A DNA stretch of 64,000 bases from the NCBI GenBank assembly GCA_025774935.1, contig JALGZK010000001.1:66331-130330 (forward strand), in the 5' to 3' direction. The translations under genes were made by a program, and so were the position numbers. The stretch's first letter is position 1; each line of letters opens with the position of its first letter. Source of the stretch: a bacterium (GTDB taxonomy: Bacteria; Joyebacterota; Joyebacteria; Joyebacterales; Joyebacteraceae). The notes under the pieces were generated by a model. It was not told the origin of the DNA and did no database searches. It saw nothing but the letters and a program-made list of their open reading frames with translations. Below are positions 55,294 through 64,000 of this stretch, piece after piece.

Positions 55294-57912
55294 ATGACCG
55301 ACGACGCGCACGGGAACGAGGAACGACGATCGGACGACGACCTCGGGGCAGAGCCCGCCGGCCTGCATGAGTCGGTCGACGAGCCGCTCGATGAGTCCCG
55401 CAGTGAGTCCGCGGACCTGCGCGAGACGCTCGACGATCTCGCTGCGGCCGAAGGCGAGCGAAGCCACGCGGACGAGGCGCTCCGTCAGAGCGAGGAGCGT
55501 TACCGGAGGCTCGTCGAGGGCCTCCCGGACATCGTCTGGTCGATGTCGGACAAGCGCGGCCTCCTGTACGTCTCTCCGAGGGCCGAGGAGGTTCTCGGAT
55601 TCACCCGCCAGGAGCTGTACGAGCGCCCCTGGTTCTGGACAGAACGGATGCACCCGGAAGATCGGAAGCGGGCCTTCGAAGCGCTCGCCCGATCTACCGC
55701 GGGCGCCGAACTCGACATGGAGTACCGGATCCAGGACCGCTCGGGTCGCTGGCACCTCTTCCACGACCGCGCGATCGGGAGGCGGACCCGAGGCGACGAG
55801 ACGATCGTCGAGGGCATAGCCACCGACATCACGGAACAGAGACGCGCGGAGGAGGCTCTGCAGAGCTCCGAGCTCCTGTACCGCGCGACGATCGACGCGA
55901 TGGCCGACGTCATCCACATGGTCGATCGCGATCTCACCATTACGCTCGCCAACGAGACCCTGAGGCGATACGCCACGGAGTTCGGTGTCTCCAACGACCT
56001 CGTCGGGCAGAACATCTTCGACGTCTGTCCCTTCCTCAACGATAAGATCCGGGAAGAGTACCGTCGCGTCTTCGAGTCGGGCGAAGCGATGATGACCGAG
56101 GAGGAGAACGAGGTCGCCGGGCGAACGGTCATCACGGAGACGCGGAAGATCCCGATCCTCGAGGACGGCAAGGTGGTTCGGGTCATCACGGTCGTCCGAG
56201 ACGTCTCGGAACGCGCGAAGGCGGAGGACGTCCAGTCCGTCCTGTTCCAGATATCACAGGCGGTGAGCGACACCGCTGACCTTCAGGAACTCATCGGAGT
56301 GGTTCATCGGGAGCTCGGGCGGCTGGTCGACACGACGAACTTCTACGTTGCCCTCTACGACGAGGAGACGGAGCTCTACACGTTCCCGTATCACGTCGAC
56401 AAATACGACTCCGACGAGATCGGGGCAGTGCCACTTCGTAAGAGCCTCACGGACTACGTGCGAAGGACCGGTGAGGCTCTGATGGTCGATCCGCAGGAGC
56501 ACGCCGCCCTCATCCAGCAGGGCGAGGTGGAGCTCATCGGCGCGCAGTCGACGATCTGGCTCGGAGTTCCGCTCAAGGCCGGTGGCAAGATAATCGGCGT
56601 CGTCGTGGTGCAGTGCTACGACGAAGCGCAGCTCTACACAGCCGAGGACAGAGAGCTCCTGGCGTTCGTCTCGGAGAGCATCGGGGTCGCGATCGAGCGG
56701 AAGAAGGCAGAGGAGGAGCGGCGGGAGTTCGAGACGCAGATCCAGCTGGCGCAGAAGCTCGAGAGTCTCGGCGTCCTGGCGGGCGGCATCGCGCACGACT
56801 TCAACAACCTCCTGACGGGGATCCTGGGCAACGCGGACCTCGCGATGATGGAGATCGGACCGGACACGTCGGTCGCAGGGCACCTGAAGGAGATCAAGAC
56901 GACAGCGGAGCGGGCGGCCGACCTGTCGAGGCAGATGCTGGCCTACTCCGGCCGGGGCAGCTTCGTGATCGAGCCGATCGCTCTGAACTCGCTAGTGACC
57001 GAGATGGTGCACCTTCTCGAGGTGTCGATATCGAAGAAGGTGGTCATGCGGTACGACCTCGACGACGCGCTTCCCGAGATGGTCGGGGACGTGACGCAGA
57101 TACGCCAGGTGATCATGAACCTGATCACGAACGCCTCGGACGCTATCGGCGACGAGGAAGGCCTCATCACGATCAGCACCGGCTGGATGAACTGTGAGCG
57201 GGCGGACTTCGCCGGGGTCTACCTCGACGACCAGCTCGAGGAAGGGGCCTACGTTTACCTCGAGGTCGCGGACACGGGCTGCGGCATGGACGACGAGACG
57301 CGTCGGCGCGTGTTCGACCCATTCTTCACGACCAAGTTCACGGGCAGGGGGCTGGGGCTGGCGTCCGCCCTCGGGATCATCCGCGGACACAAGGGCGCCG
57401 TCCGCGTCGACAGCAAGGTGGGAAAGGGGACGCGGTTCAGGGTCCTGTTCCCGGCCGGGGGAGAGCCGGCGGCGAAGCCGGTCTCCGAGGAGTTGCCGGA
57501 AGTGGAGTGGGACGGCGGGGGAACCGTCCTCGTGGTCGACGACGAGGAGGCGATCCGCGAGGTCGGAACGCTCATGCTCGAGCAGGCCGGGTTCGGAGTG
57601 ATCACCGCGTGCGACGGCGCCGAGGCGGTCGGCGTCTACCGAGACCGGGCGGACGAGATCGCGTGCGTACTGCTCGACCTGACGATGCCGAGACTCGGCG
57701 GCGAGGAGACCTACCGCGAGCTCAAGCAGATCCGCGACGACGTGTGCGTCGTCCTTTCGAGCGGGTACAGCGAACTCGAGGTGGGCGAGAGGTTCGAGGG
57801 CCAGGGCATCGCCGGGTTCGTTCAGAAGCCGTATCTGGCCGTGGAACTCGTCGCTCGAGTGAGGGAGGCGATCGGCAGGGTGGACGAGAGCGGACCGGCC
57901 GGGACGGTCTAA
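55294..57912 (+). CDS. Hybrid sensor histidine kinase (PAS-PAS-GAF-HisKA-HATPase-REC)
   Basis: LAGGIAHDFNNLL; NLITNA; DTGCGM; FDPFFTTK; GLGL; LVVDDE...LLDLTMP...QKPY. Confidence 0.95.
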   Translation: MTDDAHGNEERRSDDDLGAEPAGLHESVDEPLDESRSESADLRETLDDLAAAEGERSHADEALRQSEERYRRLVEGLPDIVWSMSDKRGLLYVSPRAEEVLGFTRQELYERPWFWTERMHPEDRKRAFEALARSTAGAELDMEYRIQDRSGRWHLFHDRAIGRRTRGDETIVEGIATDITEQRRAEEALQSSELLYRATIDAMADVIHMVDRDLTITLANETLRRYATEFGVSNDLVGQNIFDVCPFLNDKIREEYRRVFESGEAMMTEEENEVAGRTVITETRKIPILEDGKVVRVITVVRDVSERAKAEDVQSVLFQISQAVSDTADLQELIGVVHRELGRLVDTTNFYVALYDEETELYTFPYHVDKYDSDEIGAVPLRKSLTDYVRRTGEALMVDPQEHAALIQQGEVELIGAQSTIWLGVPLKAGGKIIGVVVVQCYDEAQLYTAEDRELLAFVSESIGVAIERKKAEEERREFETQIQLAQKLESLGVLAGGIAHDFNNLLTGILGNADLAMMEIGPDTSVAGHLKEIKTTAERAADLSRQMLAYSGRGSFVIEPIALNSLVTEMVHLLEVSISKKVVMRYDLDDALPEMVGDVTQIRQVIMNLITNASDAIGDEEGLITISTGWMNCERADFAGVYLDDQLEEGAYVYLEVADTGCGMDDETRRRVFDPFFTTKFTGRGLGLASALGIIRGHKGAVRVDSKVGKGTRFRVLFPAGGEPAAKPVSEELPEVEWDGGGTVLVVDDEEAIREVGTLMLEQAGFGVITACDGAEAVGVYRDRADEIACVLLDLTMPRLGGEETYRELKQIRDDVCVVLSSGYSELEVGERFEGQGIAGFVQKPYLAVELVARVREAIGRVDESGPAGTV

Positions 57913-58022
57913 CGTCTCCGACTGCGAAGGACAGGATGGGTGTCAGCGGACGGCGGCCGCGTGGATGCGGCGGCCGTTTTCTTCGTCGAGCCGCGTCGCG
58001 CGTTGTTGCCGCTGGGGACGGA

Positions 58023-58916
58023 TCAGGTGAGCGTCACGAGGACGATGCCGGCGATCGCGATGCCGACGGCGGCGAGCTTCCTCGGGGTGATCGGTTCCTT
58101 CAGCACGAGGGCGGCGATCGGGAGAACGAAGATCGCGCTCGTCTGATTCAGTATGGACGCGGTCGAAGCCTGCGTGTATTTCATCCCAGCTATCCACACG
58201 ATCATTGCGACGTACGCGCCTAGCACGGCGGCCGGGAGAGCGATCTTCCAGGAGGCTGCGGGGCGGAGCGTCTTCCACACGTAGCGTCTGCGCGGGGAGA
58301 CGAGGCAGAGGATGACGAGCACAGCGACTCCCGAGTAGAGACGGACTGCGGTGGACCACATGAGCGGCGAGCGGTTGAGCACGGGCTTTGCAAGCGTGAT
58401 GCCCGCCGCCATGAGGGCGACGGAGAGCGTCGAGAGGGCAAGCCCCTTCCTGAGACCAGCCTTCGTCACCCCGGGCGGGGGAACGTGCGCCGCGGTGAGG
58501 AAGATCCCTGCGAAGATCAGGAGGGCTCCCGCGACGTCCCCGAGCGAGAGACGCTCGCCGAGAAAAGCGAAGGTGAAGAGGATGACGAACGGGCTGTACG
58601 CCAGGCTCACGATCTGCGAGAGGCCGGCGCCGACGAGGTTCAAGCTCGTGAAGAAGATGGTGTCGGCGATGGCGATGCCGAGGATGCCGCTCAAGGCCAG
58701 CAGAACGTAGTCGAGGAGAGGCGCCGCGCGGAAGAGCGACTGACCGAGGAAGAGCATGGTCACGGCGATGAGGACGGTGGCCACGATGTTCTTGAAGAAG
58801 TTGAGGGCGAGAGGCGCCAGGGCCTTCCCGCTCATTCGGAAGAGGACGACGGAGAAAGCCCAGACGAGGGCCGCCAGGACCGAGAAGTACTCTCCGAGAT
58901 GGGGGATGTCAGGCAC
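58023..58916 (-). CDS. DMT/EamA family transporter
   Basis: About ten TM segments; GE...VLAA..WA; FLGERLS; LKEPIT; GAGGGA RBS. Confidence 0.85.
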   Translation of the reverse strand: MPDIPHLGEYFSVLAALVWAFSVVLFRMSGKALAPLALNFFKNIVATVLIAVTMLFLGQSLFRAAPLLDYVLLALSGILGIAIADTIFFTSLNLVGAGLSQIVSLAYSPFVILFTFAFLGERLSLGDVAGALLIFAGIFLTAAHVPPPGVTKAGLRKGLALSTLSVALMAAGITLAKPVLNRSPLMWSTAVRLYSGVAVLVILCLVSPRRRYVWKTLRPAASWKIALPAAVLGAYVAMIVWIAGMKYTQASTASILNQTSAIFVLPIAALVLKEPITPRKLAAVGIAIAGIVLVTLT

Positions 58917-59031
58917 GCGGTATCCCTCGCGGGGTCGTCTGGAGAAAGGAAAGAGAGAGCATACCACGGTCGGAGCGGGCGGCCACGGGCTAAAACGGGC
59001 CGCCGCGAGCTCTTCGGGGCTCACTTGGCGC

Positions 59032-59059
59032 TTGACAGCCCTCGGCTCCCGTCTATAGT
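59032..59059 (+). promoter_or_regulatory. Sigma70 promoter of the rplU-rpmA operon
   Basis: TTGACA, 16-nt spacer, TATAGT. Confidence 0.65.
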
Positions 59060-59117
59060 ATAGAGGTTCGTAGAAAACGGCCCCACAGGTGCGATTCGGC
59101 TGTATGCAGGAGGTAAT

Positions 59118-59432
59118 GTGGACTACGCCGTCATCAGAACCGGGGGACTCCAGTACAAAGTCTCTGAGGGCGACCTCATCCGTGTTCCGAGCCTCCAGAC
59201 CGAGGTCGGAGAGAAGCTGGACATGGACGAGGTACTTGCGGTGAACCGCGGCGGCGACATGACCGTGGGGACTCCCCTCGTCGAGGGAGCCAAGGTCTCC
59301 GCGGAGGTGGTGCGTCACGGGCGCGCCGCGAAGATCGTCGTGTACAAGAAGAAGAGAAGGAAGGGCTACCAGCGCAAGAAGGGACACCGCCAAGGGTTCA
59401 CGGAACTCCGGATCAGCACGATCAGTGCGTAG
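59118..59432 (+). CDS. rplU: 50S ribosomal protein L21
   Basis: YAVIRTGGLQYKV; KKKRRKGY.RKKGHRQ. Confidence 0.96.
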   Translation: MDYAVIRTGGLQYKVSEGDLIRVPSLQTEVGEKLDMDEVLAVNRGGDMTVGTPLVEGAKVSAEVVRHGRAAKIVVYKKKRRKGYQRKKGHRQGFTELRISTISA

Positions 59433-59474
59433 GCGAGCGGCGGATGGTGTTCCGGCAGGCGGAGGGGACCGAGA

Positions 59475-59723
59475 GTGGCACACAAGAAGGGCGTCGGAAG
59501 CTCCAGAAACGGCCGCGACTCGAACGCGCAGCGTTTGGGGATCAAGAGGTACGGCGGCCAGTTCGTAAGAGCCGGCACGATCATCCTGCGGCAGCGCGGG
59601 ACGAAGTTCTACCCAGGCGAGAACGTGGGGAAGGGGGGCGACGACACGCTCTTCGCTCTCAAGGATGGGCAGGTGACGTTCGAGCGCTGGGGCCGCAACA
59701 GGAAGCGCGTAAGCGTCCACTAG
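59475..59723 (+). CDS. rpmA: 50S ribosomal protein L27
   Basis: [15 protein letters not shown]; RQRGTK; DDTLFAL. Confidence 0.97.
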   Translation: MAHKKGVGSSRNGRDSNAQRLGIKRYGGQFVRAGTIILRQRGTKFYPGENVGKGGDDTLFALKDGQVTFERWGRNRKRVSVH

Positions 59724-59949
59724 ACCGGGGCTGACCCACAGGTGGTGGCCGAGGTGCGGCAGGAGCGCGGAGACCGGGTGGAAGGCGTGAGGGCGGACGG
59801 CGAGGGGAACAACCGGTCCGGCGGTGCTCATACACGAACGAGAGAATCGCAAGGGACATCCGGAAGGCGCGAGCCGTCCCGTGGTGTCCCTTCTCTGTAA
59901 GCGGAGACTGGCGGGCACCACACCGCCGCCATCGGAGGAACGCCGAAAG

Positions 59950-60603
59950 ATGAAGATCAAGTGGCTGGGACACGCGACGTTCATGGTCGAAGCCAAAGAC
60001 GGTACGCGGATCATCACGGACCCGTTCGAAGCCGGCTCCTATGACGGTGCGGTCGGCTACGCGCCGATCTCGGATGCCGCCGACATCGTCACGGTGAGTC
60101 ACGACCACGCGGATCACAATGCGGTCGACTCGGTCGCGGGGGAGCCGGAGGTGGTGCGGGGGACCGAGAATCGAACGGTGAAGGGTATCGCGATCCACGG
60201 AGTATCGACGTACCACGACGAGAGCAGAGGTCAGGACCGCGGCAGGAACACCGTCTTCGTCATGACCGTCGACGGCGTGAGCGTCGGACATCTTGGCGAC
60301 CTGGGACACGAGCTGACGCCGGACGAGATTCGCGCCCTCGGGAAGGTCGACGTGCTCCTGACACCTGTCGGCGGGTACTACACGATCGGCCCCGAGGAAG
60401 CGAAGAAGGTGGCCGAGGGGCTCGGGGCGAAGATCATCATCCCGATGCACTTCAAGACCGACGCACTCGGGTTCCCGATCCAGCCGGTAGACGACTTCCT
60501 GAAGCTCATGGACGACGTCGAGCGGATCTCCGGCACGACCGTCGAGATCGACCCGGACGATCTGCCCGAGGCCACGAAGGTCGTAGTTCTCGATTACCAG
60601 TAG
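59950..60603 (+). CDS. MBL-fold metallo-hydrolase
   Basis: WLGHATF; TDP; SHDHADH; HLGDLGH; PMH. Confidence 0.88.
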   Translation: MKIKWLGHATFMVEAKDGTRIITDPFEAGSYDGAVGYAPISDAADIVTVSHDHADHNAVDSVAGEPEVVRGTENRTVKGIAIHGVSTYHDESRGQDRGRNTVFVMTVDGVSVGHLGDLGHELTPDEIRALGKVDVLLTPVGGYYTIGPEEAKKVAEGLGAKIIIPMHFKTDALGFPIQPVDDFLKLMDDVERISGTTVEIDPDDLPEATKVVVLDYQ

Positions 60604-60630
60604 AGTCACCCCACGTGAGGTTGTGAGAGG

Positions 60631-63052
<2,422 letters not shown>

Positions 63053-63053
63053 G

Positions 63054-63890
63054 ATGGGGAGACGGGTCGTCTCGATAGGCAGAGTCGAAGTCGGCGAGGG
63101 ACGGCCGCTCGCGCTCATCGCCGGGCCGTGCGCGCTCGAGAGCGAGGCGCTCGCGCTCGAGGTGGCGCACGAGGTAGCGGCGCTCGCGATCAGGCTGGGC
63201 GTCGGCTACGTCTTCAAGTCGTCGTACCTGAAGGACAACCGGATGTCGGCCGGGTCGTACGCCGGCCCGGGGCTCGACGAAGGGCTGCGCATCCTCGAAC
63301 GCGTGAAGGAGGATGTCGGCGTTCCGGTGATCTCGGACGTGCACGAGCGCGGCGAGGTGGGCCCGGCCGCCGAGGTCCTGGACGCCATCCAGGTCCCGGC
63401 CTTCCTGTGCCGGCAGACGCGTCTGATGGAGGCCGTAGCCGCGGCGGGGAAGCCGATCAACATCAAGAAGGGGCAGTTCCTCGCTCCTGAGGACATGGAG
63501 CGGGTGGCGGGGAAGGCCGCGGCGGCGGGGAACGACGAGATCCTCCTGACCGAGAGAGGCACGTCGTTCGGCTACCACAACCTTGTGGTGGACATGCGCG
63601 GGATCGAGATCATGCGCCGGAGCGGGTACCCCGTCGTGTTCGACGCGACGCACAGCGTCCAGCTCCCCGGGTCGTCGTCCGGGACCTCCGGGGGCCAGCC
63701 GGAGTTCGTGCCCGTGCTTGCGCGGGCGGCGTGCGCGGCTGGCGCGGACGCGCTCTTCGTGGAGACGCATCCGGACCCGCCGTCGGCCGGCTCGGACGCG
63801 CAGTCGATGATCAGGCTCTCCGAGTTGGAGGGCGTTCTGGCCCCGGCCATCGCGATCGCGCAGCTCGTGCGCGATGGCGGGGGGGCCTAG
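63054..63890 (+). CDS. kdsA: KDO 8-phosphate synthase
   Basis: IAGPC; PAFLCRQT; KKGQF; TERG; FDATHSVQ; ETHP. Confidence 0.95.
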   Translation: MGRRVVSIGRVEVGEGRPLALIAGPCALESEALALEVAHEVAALAIRLGVGYVFKSSYLKDNRMSAGSYAGPGLDEGLRILERVKEDVGVPVISDVHERGEVGPAAEVLDAIQVPAFLCRQTRLMEAVAAAGKPINIKKGQFLAPEDMERVAGKAAAAGNDEILLTERGTSFGYHNLVVDMRGIEIMRRSGYPVVFDATHSVQLPGSSSGTSGGQPEFVPVLARAACAAGADALFVETHPDPPSAGSDAQSMIRLSELEGVLAPAIAIAQLVRDGGGA

Positions 63891-63900
63891 GGAGAGAGCC

Positions 63901-64000
63901 GTGTACACCGTCGATCCGGAAGTCGCGACCCGCATCAAGCTCCTCGTGCTCGACGTTGACGGCGTCCTCACGAACGCGAGCCTCGTGCTTGGGCCGGCCG
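63901..64000 (+). CDS. kdsC: KDO 8-phosphate phosphatase, N-terminal fragment (runs off the window)
   Basis: IKLLVLDVDGVLT HAD motif I directly after kdsA. Confidence 0.8.
   Translation, partial: MYTVDPEVATRIKLLVLDVDGVLTNASLVLGPA

Overview
A visibly GC-rich bacterial chromosome segment with about 90 tightly packed protein-coding genes, all but two on the + strand. It carries Kdo/LPS genes (diderm) and many Fe-S and thiol-redox genes (anaerobe-like). The first ~58 kb is mostly small accessory and housekeeping genes: GNATs, methyltransferases, two arginase-fold enzymes, transporters, lipoproteins, glnS, aconitase, Ni-SOD, rpiA and a hybrid kinase. The end is a core block: rplU-rpmA-MBL-kdsB-pyrG-kdsA-kdsC. 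Highlights: (1) a complete mercury-methylation pair hgcA-hgcB, with an HgcB carrying an extended tail of three vicinal-Cys clusters. (2) Three selenoprotein genes missed or truncated by the ORF track: a SelW/Rdx protein (CxxU), an AhpD/CMD-like protein (CxxU) and a lipoprotein rhodanese (CxU) directly after hgcB. Two of them share an identically placed SECIS-like hairpin with compensatory stem changes. (3) An ArsR gene flanked by two copies of a palindromic operator-like site, followed by a 62-aa protein with five CC pairs (candidate new metallothionein). (4) Several odd unknown proteins and a structured intergenic region. I found no tRNA, rRNA, CRISPR array, transposase or integrase. All family calls are motif recognition by eye, not database searches.
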